DNA of 64,000 nt from a virus. Lineage: Duplodnaviria > Heunggongvirae > Uroviricota > Caudoviricetes. Made by a program: the position numbers and the translations under genes. Below the pieces are notes generated by a model. That model saw nothing but the letters and a program-made list of their open reading frames with translations. It was not told the DNA's origin and ran no database searches. Within the stretch, counting starts at the first letter, position 1. The number at the start of each line of letters is the position of its first letter. This document shows, in pieces, positions 9,163-18,545 of the stretch. The DNA lies in IMG/VR virus record IMGVR_UViG_3300033489_000001, positions 126,023 through 190,022 of that record; one strand, written 5' to 3'.

Positions 9163-9765
9163 TTACTGTGGCTTGTGGGACGTTAAAAACTCCTCTTTAT
9201 ATGATCTTAACTGCCCCGAGGATAGTCTTCCACTTTCGTAGTAAAAGTCCTTCAAGAAACGCTTCACTAGAGTAATGTAAGTTGGTTTACTTCGATGTAA
9301 GCCGAACATGCCGCATTCGGTTCTTGAAGCTTCCCGAGTGTGTTTCCCCCACACTTTATTAGAAGTGAGAAATAAAGCGTGGACCCAATCATCTTGTATC
9401 TCTAAAATAACCGCAAAATGCGTTTTTCCCCCATCATTGTGGACCGCGAAAGAACCCGCACCTATTTTTTGTAAGGGTAGCGGTTTAGAGTCTTCTACCG
9501 ATAACTCTTCAAGTTTTTTCGGTAATTGCTCAACAAATTCTTTCGATAGTTGCTCATTGGGTTTTACCAGTTTTCTAAACTTCTTTCGCAACTCTTGAGC
9601 CAAAGATAAGGCTTCTTCGCGGGTGGCTGCCCCCTCTTGTAAAATCACTACATCAGAAGGTATATTTAAGTCACCCTTTACAGTGACAAAAAGCCTTAAA
9701 TCCGAGCCTTTTCTCTGTACCCCACAAACGTAACTTACCGGCCACTCTTCTTTCCAACTCTGCAT
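9163..9765 (-). CDS. hypothetical protein
   Basis: 200 aa; ATG abuts promoter motif. Confidence 0.65.
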   Translation of the reverse strand: MQSWKEEWPVSYVCGVQRKGSDLRLFVTVKGDLNIPSDVVILQEGAATREEALSLAQELRKKFRKLVKPNEQLSKEFVEQLPKKLEELSVEDSKPLPLQKIGAGSFAVHNDGGKTHFAVILEIQDDWVHALFLTSNKVWGKHTREASRTECGMFGLHRSKPTYITLVKRFLKDFYYESGRLSSGQLRSYKEEFLTSHKPQ

Positions 9766-9800
9766 AATTACTACTACACCGGAGAACGGAGTAGTTCAAG
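9766..9800 (-). promoter_or_regulatory. M1 promoter motif
   Basis: Abuts ATG 9765. Confidence 0.65.
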
Positions 9801-9845
9801 AATTTTTAAGCCCCCTTCATTAACCTTGACGTGGGGCTCCGCCCT

Positions 9846-10127
9846 TCACGCTTGATGCCCGCACCTTCGGGCCATGTGAATTACTACCACCGGGCTACCA
9901 GATAGTGTCTCCGGGCTCCGTTTCACAAGGTCATCAAACTCGGCATTGTCCCACTCCCTCCACCTCTTGCCCGTTCGAATCTCATGGGCCTCTAGCGGAT
10001 CAAACTTCTGGTGCAGATCAGCAATGGCCGCCCGGTACTCGGTTGGGCTTTCATTTTCGCCAATGGACCGGTACTTCATCACCTCGGCTAGTTGGCGGAT
10101 TGTCTCGTCTTTGAAAGCGTCAGGCAT
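9846..10127 (-). CDS. hypothetical protein
   Basis: 93 aa. Confidence 0.45.
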   Translation of the reverse strand: MPDAFKDETIRQLAEVMKYRSIGENESPTEYRAAIADLHQKFDPLEAHEIRTGKRWREWDNAEFDDLVKRSPETLSGSPVVVIHMARRCGHQA

Positions 10128-10422
10128 TTGATTGCTCTCCTCTGTATTCCGGGGGCCACGGACGCTTACGGAACTCCATAGAATCTGAACCTGAATTGTA
10201 GGCTAAGTGACTCTCGATGGCTTTCCCATCCTCAATTACGATGATTGAATCGAGGTAGGAGAAGAAGAACACCCCTTCTTTTTCTGTGTGGCCGACCGGA
10301 CCACTGTAGCAATCTGGAATTAAATACTTCTCTCGCGCATCTCCCATGGTTTTTTCTCCTTGCCCACCTTCTTTAATGAGTGAGCCATCCCCCGTGTTCC
10401 CAACGCCCTTCCCCTTCGTCAA
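10120..10422 (-). CDS. hypothetical protein
   Basis: 100 aa. Confidence 0.45.
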   Translation of the reverse strand: MTKGKGVGNTGDGSLIKEGGQGEKTMGDAREKYLIPDCYSGPVGHTEKEGVFFFSYLDSIIVIEDGKAIESHLAYNSGSDSMEFRKRPWPPEYRGEQSNA

Positions 10423-10654
10423 TCAAGGCGGCCGTATGTTCGTCTTCTTCAAGCTCTCGGTTGATATGCCGAGCACTTACATCCATACGCTGACCAGCGG
10501 CGTCCAGGGCCTCTTGAGCCTTTCTGGTAGAATCCGCCAATCGGTCCAAGTCCGCTATCGCCTTTTTCATCGTGCGGATGACCGGCAAGGCTACCCCAAC
10601 CAGTATAAAAAGGCACAAGGCGAAAATAGCGAGTAGTGTTCCGTATGGTTGCAT
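10373..10654 (-). CDS. single-pass membrane protein
   Basis: 93 aa, N-terminal hydrophobic helix. Confidence 0.45.
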   Translation of the reverse strand: MQPYGTLLAIFALCLFILVGVALPVIRTMKKAIADLDRLADSTRKAQEALDAAGQRMDVSARHINRELEEDEHTAALIDEGEGRWEHGGWLTH

Positions 10655-10665
10655 TTGATCCCCTT

Positions 10666-10890
10666 TTAGTCGGATAATATGAAACCCTCAACTGCTAAAT
10701 GTTTGAGCTGCTTACGCACTTCGGCGGCTTCCGAGACCACAATCTCGTGAACCCACCAATATTGAGCAATGACGCCTAAAGCACAAGGTGCTCCGGCGGA
10801 TTTGAACCACATCTCCGCCACCTCTGGAGTCATTTTCATATCCCGGACAGCAATAGCTTTTAGCATTTCATTTAATTGAGTTCGGGTCAT
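10666..10890 (-). CDS. hypothetical protein
   Basis: 74 aa; ATG abuts promoter motif. Confidence 0.6.
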   Translation of the reverse strand: MTRTQLNEMLKAIAVRDMKMTPEVAEMWFKSAGAPCALGVIAQYWWVHEIVVSEAAEVRKQLKHLAVEGFILSD

Positions 10891-10925
10891 ATCTATTACT
10901 ACACCGGAGAGAGATTTAATTCAAG
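10891..10925 (-). promoter_or_regulatory. M1 promoter motif
   Basis: Abuts ATG 10890. Confidence 0.7.
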
Positions 10926-10991
10926 TTTATTTTTAGCTCGGAAATTCGAGGAGGTCATCAAATTAAAGTAAGCACACCTTAATGAGTGGGA

Positions 10992-11477
10992 CTATCGCCC
11001 ACACCCGTACTTGCACCCGGCCTGACAAGGAAGGCCCTGCATCATACGTTCTGTGGCTTCATCATCGGGAATTGGCCAACCATAGTGCTCACAAATGAAC
11101 TTGAGAACTGGGGCACCATATTGAGCATAGTTGTTTTCTCCTAAGAAGATAATTTGTGCTTCAACCTCGTCATCCCCGAGCAACCATGCCCATGCTTGCA
11201 TTTTATCCAGAGTTCGGCCAGCGCTTATGCCACGATGATCCTGACACTTCGGCCAGCCATATTGAGCCATGTAAATTCTAGCCTCCTCAAGAATATTTTC
11301 TCGCGTACACCCCAGGTGTCCGTCTTTGTCCCATTTTGTTTTTGTCACCGCTTGATCGGTCAGAAATTCTTTTGCAGCCTCAAACTCCAAGTAGCTGACT
11401 AAGACTTCCGGTTGAAAGCTTATCGTTTCTTTCATTTTTTCTCGAATTCGGAGCACGATCTCTTTTTGCGTTCTCAT
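10992..11477 (-). CDS. hypothetical protein
   Basis: 161 aa; partial promoter motif upstream. Confidence 0.55.
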   Translation of the reverse strand: MRTQKEIVLRIREKMKETISFQPEVLVSYLEFEAAKEFLTDQAVTKTKWDKDGHLGCTRENILEEARIYMAQYGWPKCQDHRGISAGRTLDKMQAWAWLLGDDEVEAQIIFLGENNYAQYGAPVLKFICEHYGWPIPDDEATERMMQGLPCQAGCKYGCGR

Positions 11478-11522
11478 GGTTTTCCCTTTTCCTAATGGAG
11501 AAGATTCAAGTTCTTGACTTTT

Positions 11523-12098
11523 TTAGACAGAGTACTCTACCACCTTGGCCGCATCCGCCTCGCAAATGGTTTTCCACTCGGCTTGAACGGCGTCTCTAAC
11601 CGAACGGATTCGGTCAAAAAAGCGTTCACAACCTTCTCCCCACCTCGTGGCATCTTCATCGGAATTCCCCTTCAGCTTACGAAAAGCTTCCCTCATTGCA
11701 CACTCGGCCGTAGCACACCGCTCAGCCACTTCTAAGTGGAGCTTGGCCGCAGCAATCCCTTCCAAGGTTGAACCACTAAAACTCGCCCATGACGGACGGC
11801 AACGGACAATAAGCCCTTCACGGCGGTCCCAACCCACAAAAACCTCCACGGAAATAGACATATAGAAGGCCACCTCTTGCTTGTAGGTGTATGTCAGGCC
11901 GCCAATTGAAGACACTTCCTTAAGCCGATGATCAAAACCCTGGTCTTCGTACAACTTTAACCACCTCGGATCGGCCTTCGTCGGATAAAATAGGTTGTAA
12001 AAGCCCGGCTCAAAATACCCGAAAGCCGTAACAAAAGCGTTCTCAATGACCGTAGCCACTACCTTGTCACTGAAATCCTTTACCGTCTTGTTAGACAT
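11523..12098 (-). CDS. hypothetical protein
   Basis: 191 aa; promoter motif plus Shine-Dalgarno-like leader. Confidence 0.65.
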   Translation of the reverse strand: MSNKTVKDFSDKVVATVIENAFVTAFGYFEPGFYNLFYPTKADPRWLKLYEDQGFDHRLKEVSSIGGLTYTYKQEVAFYMSISVEVFVGWDRREGLIVRCRPSWASFSGSTLEGIAAAKLHLEVAERCATAECAMREAFRKLKGNSDEDATRWGEGCERFFDRIRSVRDAVQAEWKTICEADAAKVVEYSV

Positions 12099-12150
12099 GA
12101 ATTTTTTCTCCTTCCCCTATTACTACACCGGAGGGAGGAAAAGTTCAAGG
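12099..12150 (-). promoter_or_regulatory. M1 promoter motif with short leader
   Basis: Consensus 18 nt upstream of ATG 12098. Confidence 0.6.
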
Positions 12151-12234
12151 AATTCTTAAAAATCCCCGCTTTTTTCTTTATTTATAAAGATCGCGGAAAT
12201 TATCACTCCCACCCTCTTTTCAAGATAAAAGCCC

Positions 12235-12903
12235 CTAATGCTTCCGGTGCATGTCTATGATCGACCGGAGAATAAACTTCAACTCCCTTATGTCCTTCAA
12301 AGAATGAGCATAAGGAATCAGATTTTGAAACTTTCGCTTGTCTTTCTCTATATCCCCTGGAGCCCACGCCGGATTGAGAACCATCCCCTCCCAATTAACC
12401 GAATCGTAAAGCTCTACTATATCAGCCTTTATCTTCGGCAGCTCCCTAATGAATCGCTCCGCAACTTCCTTATACCCCACCGCTAACCCTAGCATATCCC
12501 CAACCCGAGCTTGATCCCGCCTCTCCCTGAATAACCCCTGAATAGATGCTAACCCAGAAGCCCCCTCATCATATGAGGCCACAAACTCCTTAGCAGCATC
12601 CCCACGCTCAAAAAATCGGTCGCCAATGAATGGCCACCACGTTTTGAAAAGAAATCGACTCACCCCCCGTATATCAGCGTTCTTGCTCTTTTTAATAAGA
12701 AAAGTGCTGAAAATATCCTTCCCATCAACTCTATTAAAAGCTTCCTCTAATTCATTGAGCCGGTCACCAAGCTTCGCCGTCTCAGGCCCAACCCGCAATA
12801 TCTCGTCAGCTTTCATGAAGCGTGCCGCTACCCGTACATTAGATGCTGTTTCCATAACCCTAAGCGTACCATTAAATGAAAAATCTTGGCTTTTCGTTTG
12901 CAT
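12235..12903 (-). CDS. hypothetical protein
   Basis: 222 aa. Confidence 0.55.
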   Translation of the reverse strand: MQTKSQDFSFNGTLRVMETASNVRVAARFMKADEILRVGPETAKLGDRLNELEEAFNRVDGKDIFSTFLIKKSKNADIRGVSRFLFKTWWPFIGDRFFERGDAAKEFVASYDEGASGLASIQGLFRERRDQARVGDMLGLAVGYKEVAERFIRELPKIKADIVELYDSVNWEGMVLNPAWAPGDIEKDKRKFQNLIPYAHSLKDIRELKFILRSIIDMHRKH

Positions 12904-13139
12904 TTAATGGATTTCTAATACAACTTCAAAACAGACCCTAACAAAGGTCTACAGCTCTTTGAAAAAGATAAGCGGTTCTAAAGAAAGTCTTCCTTTAGGT
13001 AAAATCTGAAAAGCGAGAGCTGTTTGGAGAAGGTTTTATACCTTCGCCGATAATTGAAACGTCCAGAAATTACCGGCCCTAAAAAATTTCCGCTTTCTCA
13101 AAAACCCCTACACCATTTCAAAAAAGGGGTATCCCCCAC

Positions 13140-14500
13140 GAAAATCAAAGAGCCTATTTATAGCCTCTAGGTTCGTTTTTTCCTTCCGCCCACTAACGAG
13201 CGAAGCGAGTATCAGCCAAAAGCCGAGAGGAGCCTATTTATGTCCCACTCATAAAGAAAGTGGGCTTTCTTTGTAGCTGCACTCTATCCAAAAGAAGATA
13301 AAAATCAAACCGTTTATTTATCAAGATCCGTACTGGACCATATAATCTGCCCCCTAAGCGTCACCTCCAACCCTCCTTCCCGCTCACAAACCCCAAAAGT
13401 ACCCTGCCTCGTCTCTACCCCAACTACATCGTATACCCTGGAAAGTAATACGTTTTGCGTCGTTTCAATCGCTACTAAATGCTTACCGTCACCTATCCGT
13501 ATCTTCATGGCGTTCCCTCTCATATCTAGGTGAAAAGACCTATACCCCAAAATCCCCCTATCCGAAAATTTCAACCATAAAAAAATTCCGCCTCCCCCTG
13601 AAAACCTACCCCTTTCTAAAAAGACCCCCTCCCCTTTATCTCGCTCCCTATGTAACTCGCTAACGCTCAAACCTTTCCTTAAATGACCTTTCAGAATTCC
13701 TCCGTTTAAGACCATGCGTATACTGAATGTGCCAATTACGGATAATAGCAAATTTTAAAAAAATAATGAAGCGGTTTTCCCCAATTTTTACCGCAAATAT
13801 CTTTATAAATAAAGATGGGATTAATCCGAGTAAATGGTATGGATCTTGATCATATAGCAACTGTAGTTGATCAAATCAAGATCAGCATACAACGAGTAAA
13901 TGGCACGGATCTTGATGATATTACAACTGTAGTTGATCAAATCAAGATCGAGGAACAAGGGCGATGGCACGACTATGCCCCTTCGGGGCGGGTCAAGCCG
14001 TGGCCATAGTTGTTCGATGATCTTTATTTATAAAGACTGTAGGTCATTAAAATAAATAAGGCCGATCTTGATGATATTGCAACTGTAGTTGATATGATCA
14101 AGATCGCGGGGGCTTAAAAGAGGCGGTGGTATAAAGGGAAAAGGGCATAGTCAAGCCCCTTAGTATACCTCCGGCCCTTCGGGCCGGGCAAGAACCGGTG
14201 GGCATAGACCATGCCAAGGATTATTGAAACCGATCTTTATTTATAAAGATCAGAAAAAATAAATTGGCATGGATCTTTATTTATAAAGATGGGGGCTATT
14301 ATTTGAAGCCAAGCTTGTGTTGGGCCTCGTGCGGCATAGATACCGGCTCCGGGAGCCGGGTCAGGGCGGCCTCCGGCCGCCAAGGACTAAGGCATCTGGC
14401 TATAGGGCTACTGGTTTCTTGCCCCTACCATCTGGGCGATAGGCTAGGGGCTTCGGGGGCACTATGTTAAGGGCCTCGAGCCGGACGATGTCCTTCTGTA
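13140..14500. repeat. repeat-dense non-coding region A
   Basis: 3 copies of a 42 bp GATCTTGAT...ATCAAGATC palindrome (13842-13883, 13908-13949, 14055-14106), >=4 M2 palindromes, UUCG-loop GC hairpins; no convincing CDS. Confidence 0.7.
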
Positions 14501-14819
14501 ACTCTAGTTTGTTACTGATGGCTGCCACCTTCCGCCCCCGGTCATTGGAGACAGGTCCTTCCATGATTTGGTCTAGAGCAGTTACCGCTTGCTGGATGAA
14601 GTCCGTAAACTCCTCCAAGGTCCTTCTCTGCTTTAGGGCTTCACACCGCCACGCCTTAGCATCATCTAGGGGAATGTTTGGGTTTTTTCCTTTTAGTTTT
14701 TTTACGCATAGTTCTTTCGGTAGTATACTGACCTTTAGAGGAAGCTGTAAAGGCTGCCTCTGTAATTGAAACATGCGGACGCCCTGACCTGGAAGCCGCC
14801 CAAGAGCGATTGCCTTCAA
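14400..14819 (-). CDS. hypothetical protein
   Basis: 139 aa; 3' end runs into the repeat-rich region. Confidence 0.35.
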   Translation of the reverse strand: MKAIALGRLPGQGVRMFQLQRQPLQLPLKVSILPKELCVKKLKGKNPNIPLDDAKAWRCEALKQRRTLEEFTDFIQQAVTALDQIMEGPVSNDRGRKVAAISNKLELQKDIVRLEALNIVPPKPLAYRPDGRGKKPVAL

Positions 14820-14874
14820 CCTCCACTCTATGAAAAGCGTGGAGATTGAAGATTATTTTACCTTTTCAGAGAGT

Positions 14875-15507
14875 TTATTTACGCCTTTCTTTGGCTTCCC
14901 GACGCTCTCGAGCCTCAATCAAATCTCTGCCCCATGAGCCTTGCTCATCGCACCTTTTGCCATACCGGCGATGCAAGGTTTTCATAGTTTCTAAGTTATC
15001 ACCGCAAAGGTGATCCCAGATGTCGTACCACGCCGTATGGAATCTTTGGCCCTTAGCGGGTTTCCAAATCAAGGCATCCGCATGGACGATGGTTAGGACC
15101 TTCCCGGCTCTTTCGGCCACCTGGGACAGCCAGGTGCTTACTAACGTAATGACATCGGCATCTAGTTCTATCACGGTCACGCTTTGAACTTCGGGCGTTA
15201 AGAGACAGGCACGGGTCACCATACCAAGGCCTAAGCCAGCGATTAGAACATGCCCGTGGGCGCTTCTAATAAACCCCAGGTGGTCACTAATCTCATCCGG
15301 GGTATCGCTCATGACTACGCCCCGTTGAGTGTGGTAAAGCCCCGTATAAGTCCCCTCCGGCACCCCCCGGCCCCGGCTGCTACTAATGGCCGCTCGCAGC
15401 TCTTCAAACTTTGCCGCTTCTGCACTCACAGTAAACCGTCTGATGCTCCACTGCCCCAATTGCCCCACCGGTACGTCAACCTTATATTGGTCCGTGTATC
15501 GTTCCAT
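14875..15507 (-). CDS. class I SAM-dependent methyltransferase-like (spermidine-synthase-like fold)
   Basis: 210 aa; VLIAGLGLG glycine motif and VTVIELD acidic strand; ATG abuts promoter motif. Confidence 0.65.
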   Translation of the reverse strand: MERYTDQYKVDVPVGQLGQWSIRRFTVSAEAAKFEELRAAISSSRGRGVPEGTYTGLYHTQRGVVMSDTPDEISDHLGFIRSAHGHVLIAGLGLGMVTRACLLTPEVQSVTVIELDADVITLVSTWLSQVAERAGKVLTIVHADALIWKPAKGQRFHTAWYDIWDHLCGDNLETMKTLHRRYGKRCDEQGSWGRDLIEARERREAKERRK

Positions 15508-15542
15508 ATCTATTACTACACCGGAGGGGAGAATAATTCAAG
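15508..15542 (-). promoter_or_regulatory. M1 promoter motif
   Basis: Abuts ATG 15507. Confidence 0.7.
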
Positions 15543-15545
15543 TTT

Positions 15546-15974
15546 TTACGTCATTTTCTTGATATTTCGGGCTATAGCTTGAAACAGCAAGAAAGCTACC
15601 ATAAACCCCATGAAATTCCTAGGTTCAAGGAACACGCAGGAAAGAGCGTTAAGGGCCATCAAGCCAAGGTACAGGTAACCAGCCCATTTCTTCATGAACC
15701 ACATACCAACCACACAAATTGAGAGGAGTACTACTCCAATTATGATTAGTATGGGGGATAGTTGCAGTCTCTCCATTACAGATGCGTCGGCAACAGCAAA
15801 GCTAATAAGGAGTAGTACTGAGGCGACGACGCTAAGGATGCACACTACGGTCACTCCGAGTGGGCGTTCTAAAGTGCCTACCTTCTGCACTGGTGGGGCT
15901 CCTGGTTCAGGTGCAACTGTAGTAGTAGCTATGGGTTGGATTTCGGACGAATCATTTTTTTGTTCGTTGGGCAT
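15546..15974 (-). CDS. multi-pass membrane protein
   Basis: 142 aa, 3-4 hydrophobic helices; 3x18 bp tandem repeat upstream. Confidence 0.55.
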   Translation of the reverse strand: MPNEQKNDSSEIQPIATTTVAPEPGAPPVQKVGTLERPLGVTVVCILSVVASVLLLISFAVADASVMERLQLSPILIIIGVVLLSICVVGMWFMKKWAGYLYLGLMALNALSCVFLEPRNFMGFMVAFLLFQAIARNIKKMT

Positions 15975-16011
15975 ATCTTTATTTCCTCGTTTTTAGGTTA
16001 TTCTCTCTAAA

Positions 16012-16065
16012 TTATCTTTCCTAATGATGTTATCTTTCCTAATGATGTTATCTTTCCTAATGATG
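16012..16065. repeat. 3 perfect tandem copies of 18 bp TTATCTTTCCTAATGATG
   Basis: Directly upstream of minus-strand membrane-protein gene 15546-15974. Confidence 0.85.
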
Positions 16066-16094
16066 TTATTTTTTTGAATGCTTCGTGAGTTCAA

Positions 16095-16367
16095 TCATTT
16101 CTCTACCCCTTTGCTCTCGGTAAATGTGAAAGTACCATCATCTTGAGAGACATAACCCTTTACACGCTTACCTTTGATTATCCTGTAAGCGGGTATTGTA
16201 AAATAGGTGTCGGGTATTCCACAGCGCACGGCACGGATGATGTGATCAGCACAAAGGCACCTTGCTTTACGTGTCATGCCTCCCCTTGAATAGGCGGCTT
16301 CTTCAGATTGCACCCATGTGTTATTGAGCCCTTCTATAATGTATACTTTGTAAACCATGGGTTTCAC
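16095..16367 (-). CDS. hypothetical protein
   Basis: 90 aa. Confidence 0.5.
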   Translation of the reverse strand: MKPMVYKVYIIEGLNNTWVQSEEAAYSRGGMTRKARCLCADHIIRAVRCGIPDTYFTIPAYRIIKGKRVKGYVSQDDGTFTFTESKGVEK

Positions 16368-16675
16368 TCAAAGTAAAAGGCCGTTACGCGGGCGTTTTGA
16401 TAATCGTAAGGCTCATGATGAATGAGTACGCCATCCAGGTTCTTGTACTCTCCACGGGCTATGTTCCGCCACTTCTCTACGCGGGAACAGTTCTGAGCAA
16501 GTGCAAAGCCGATAGGGCTCGTGCTCTGTGTAAACCCGTAGACATAGCCGTTCTTTTCCAGGTGCTTCTCTGCCTCAACCTTCGAAGCGAAAATCTCCGC
16601 CTTTTGGATTTTCTTGCCCGCGATTTTGGCAATCTCTTCCGCCGCATTCCTAACTTTTTCTACTATGGTCGGCAT
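16364..16675 (-). CDS. hypothetical protein
   Basis: 103 aa; promoter motif upstream. Confidence 0.55.
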   Translation of the reverse strand: MPTIVEKVRNAAEEIAKIAGKKIQKAEIFASKVEAEKHLEKNGYVYGFTQSTSPIGFALAQNCSRVEKWRNIARGEYKNLDGVLIHHEPYDYQNARVTAFYFE

Positions 16676-16722
16676 ATCTAACTCCTTTCTTGTTACTACA
16701 CCGGAGGGGAGAATAATTCAAG
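16676..16722 (-). promoter_or_regulatory. M1 promoter motif
   Basis: Upstream of ATG 16675. Confidence 0.6.
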
Positions 16723-17018
16723 TTTTTAGAGAGCTTCTTGAGTGGCGGCAATACATTCAAGATGGCGGCCCACGGAGGGCAACGGATCCGTCCCCTCGTA
16801 ATGTTTACTGCCATCCTTACCATTTCGAATGTAGTCCGGCCGTCCAATCCTGAATAAAAGGCATTCAGGCCGACCGCTCACGCCGGTTCGAATTAAGAAA
16901 CGACATTTCCCACAAAAAGGTCCCGTGGCCTCTATCTTTAAACCATATACAGTTAAAAGAATCATCTAAATCTCCCTCAAAAATTGAGCTTTTCGATTAT
17001 ACCCCCGCCAGTATTCGT

Positions 17019-17237
17019 TTACTTTACGTCTACGTACTCAAACACCATCGCAAGCACGTCATCGTAGCTGCCTGCCGCTATAGCGCGATTTCTAAACTCT
17101 TGAGCTTTTTCTGCTTGCCCAGCACGCTTGAGTACATTGCTTACCCGGCCAATAATGGCAAATACGTTGCCGTCTTCACCTATCAATTTGCACACGGGCT
17201 TGGTTTCTGCATTTACATTTTGAGCATTTTGTTTCAT
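17019..17237 (-). CDS. hypothetical protein
   Basis: 72 aa; ATG abuts promoter motif. Confidence 0.6.
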   Translation of the reverse strand: MKQNAQNVNAETKPVCKLIGEDGNVFAIIGRVSNVLKRAGQAEKAQEFRNRAIAAGSYDDVLAMVFEYVDVK

Positions 17238-17270
17238 CTATTACTACACCGAGAGAAGGAATAATTCAAG
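17238..17270 (-). promoter_or_regulatory. M1 promoter motif
   Basis: Abuts ATG 17237. Confidence 0.7.
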
Positions 17271-17348
17271 TTTTTTAAGAATTTGCTTTGTACCCAGCTA
17301 ATGTTTAATGTAACTTAGCGGAGAGGGAATCTAAAAATTCCTCGATAA

Positions 17349-17459
17349 TTGAAATTGCCTAAGGTTTCTTTTATTATAAGCTGCTCATTAGGGGAGCCCC
17401 TGTCGCGTCTCATGGACCTCCCCCGATCCCGGACGCTCTGACGGGGCTCCCCTTTTTAT
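17349..17459 (+). ncRNA. candidate small structured RNA: promoter TTGAAA-N17-TATTAT, then long GC-rich hairpin with T5 tail
   Basis: -35 at 17349-17354, -10 at 17372-17377; imperfect stem GGGGAGCCCCTGTCGCGTC/GACGCTCTGACGGGGCTCCCC (17391-17452) then TTTTTAT. Confidence 0.4.
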
Positions 17460-17527
17460 CCGTATGAATGTTTTTGACTCTATAGGGGGCAAGGTCGGAT
17501 AAAAATTCTTCACTCAATTCTAAGAAC

Positions 17528-17561
17528 TTGAATTATTCTTTCCCCCGGTGTAGTAATAGTT
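17528..17561 (+). promoter_or_regulatory. M1 promoter motif (plus orientation)
   Basis: TTGAATTATTCTTTCCCCCGGTGTAGTAATAGTT then ATG 17562. Confidence 0.7.
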
Positions 17562-17894
17562 ATGCCAAATAACTATGGGGAGGTTGTAATGAGGGAAGAG
17601 AAACTTGTTGAGCGAAGAGGTAAGACAGACTGTGCCGACGAAGAAGTTCGCGTTCAAGTAACCAGGCTTGGGGATGATTACAAAGTGTCAATACAATCTA
17701 CCAAGACAATTTCGACCGTAACCGCGACTTCTAACAGTACGTTAGCACCTGCCTTCACCGCTGCTCTTAGGGCTGCCATCTTGCAAGGCATCAGCTTTTC
17801 TTCGGCTGTGATAACCACAAAACGTGCCTATCAAGCGGCCGGAAACGTGCTTTTTTCAGATGAGCCCTCTTATGACTGTTATAAAACAAGCTAA
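17562..17894 (+). CDS. hypothetical protein
   Basis: 110 aa; ATG abuts promoter motif. Confidence 0.6.
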   Translation: MPNNYGEVVMREEKLVERRGKTDCADEEVRVQVTRLGDDYKVSIQSTKTISTVTATSNSTLAPAFTAALRAAILQGISFSSAVITTKRAYQAAGNVLFSDEPSYDCYKTS

Positions 17895-18159
17895 AATAAG
17901 AATCAAGCCGGACGCCCAACGCTTAGAACAAGCTATTGTTATACATGAGGTATCCACTGGGTATTTGGCCCGTTTGGGCCGTCAAGAAATATCTCGTGAT
18001 TCAAGTCTTGACCGGGTTATGAAAGATGTGCAGTCATGGTGCAAAATAAGATGTGCGTCTAATTATCCCGAGATATACATTGTAAATCTTCCTAGTAGCA
18101 TTGCTTTACTTGACCCACAAGGCAATCAATTGACGGAATGGCGCATAAACTCTCATTAG
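17824..18159 (+). CDS. hypothetical protein
   Basis: 111 aa; may start at a later Met. Confidence 0.45.
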   Translation: MPIKRPETCFFQMSPLMTVIKQAKIRIKPDAQRLEQAIVIHEVSTGYLARLGRQEISRDSSLDRVMKDVQSWCKIRCASNYPEIYIVNLPSSIALLDPQGNQLTEWRINSH

Positions 18160-18172
18160 GAAAAAAGGAAAT

Positions 18173-18385
18173 ATGAAAAACTACATTACTCACGACGGAA
18201 AAACGGTATCGAGTGCAGAGGTACGAAGAGCAAGTGCAGAGGACCATTGTTGGAAGTGCGGTAAGCCCCTGGCAATCATCCGTAACAAGGATGCTTATGA
18301 CAGCATTGAAGAATGCATAGCTGACGGCCTAGATCCTAACAAGGAGTGCGGAGCCGCCTGTATAAATTGCGGAGCTGAATCCTAA
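18173..18385 (+). CDS. Zn-ribbon small protein
   Basis: 70 aa, CWKCG...CINCG. Confidence 0.5.
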   Translation: MKNYITHDGKTVSSAEVRRASAEDHCWKCGKPLAIIRNKDAYDSIEECIADGLDPNKECGAACINCGAES

Positions 18386-18470
18386 GCATCACTTTTTCCC
18401 CGGCGTCCGAATCTTAGTTTATTCTTCTTCAATCCCTCCTAGCTCAATTACATCTTACCTTCGAAAAAAC

Positions 18471-18545
18471 TTGAATTAATTCCCCCACCGGTGTAGTAAT
18501 AAAAGTAAAGTAAAATTCTACTAACAATCTAACAGGGAGATCAGT
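18471..18545 (+). promoter_or_regulatory. M1 promoter motif with ~45 nt Shine-Dalgarno-containing leader
   Basis: TTGAATTAATTCCCCCACCGGTGTAGTAAT. Confidence 0.6.

Noticed and set aside
13314-14470. ORFs 13314-13751 (-), 13815-14009 (+) and 14264-14470 (+)
   Set aside because: They lie entirely within the repeat and palindrome-dense region A. The 13815 ORF's peptide simply translates two copies of the 42 bp palindrome. No promoter motif or ribosome-binding site is present.
16860-16885. ccGGTTCGAATTaag resembles a tRNA T-loop
   Set aside because: The flanking sequence cannot form acceptor, D or anticodon arms. No other tRNA-like segment was found in the window.
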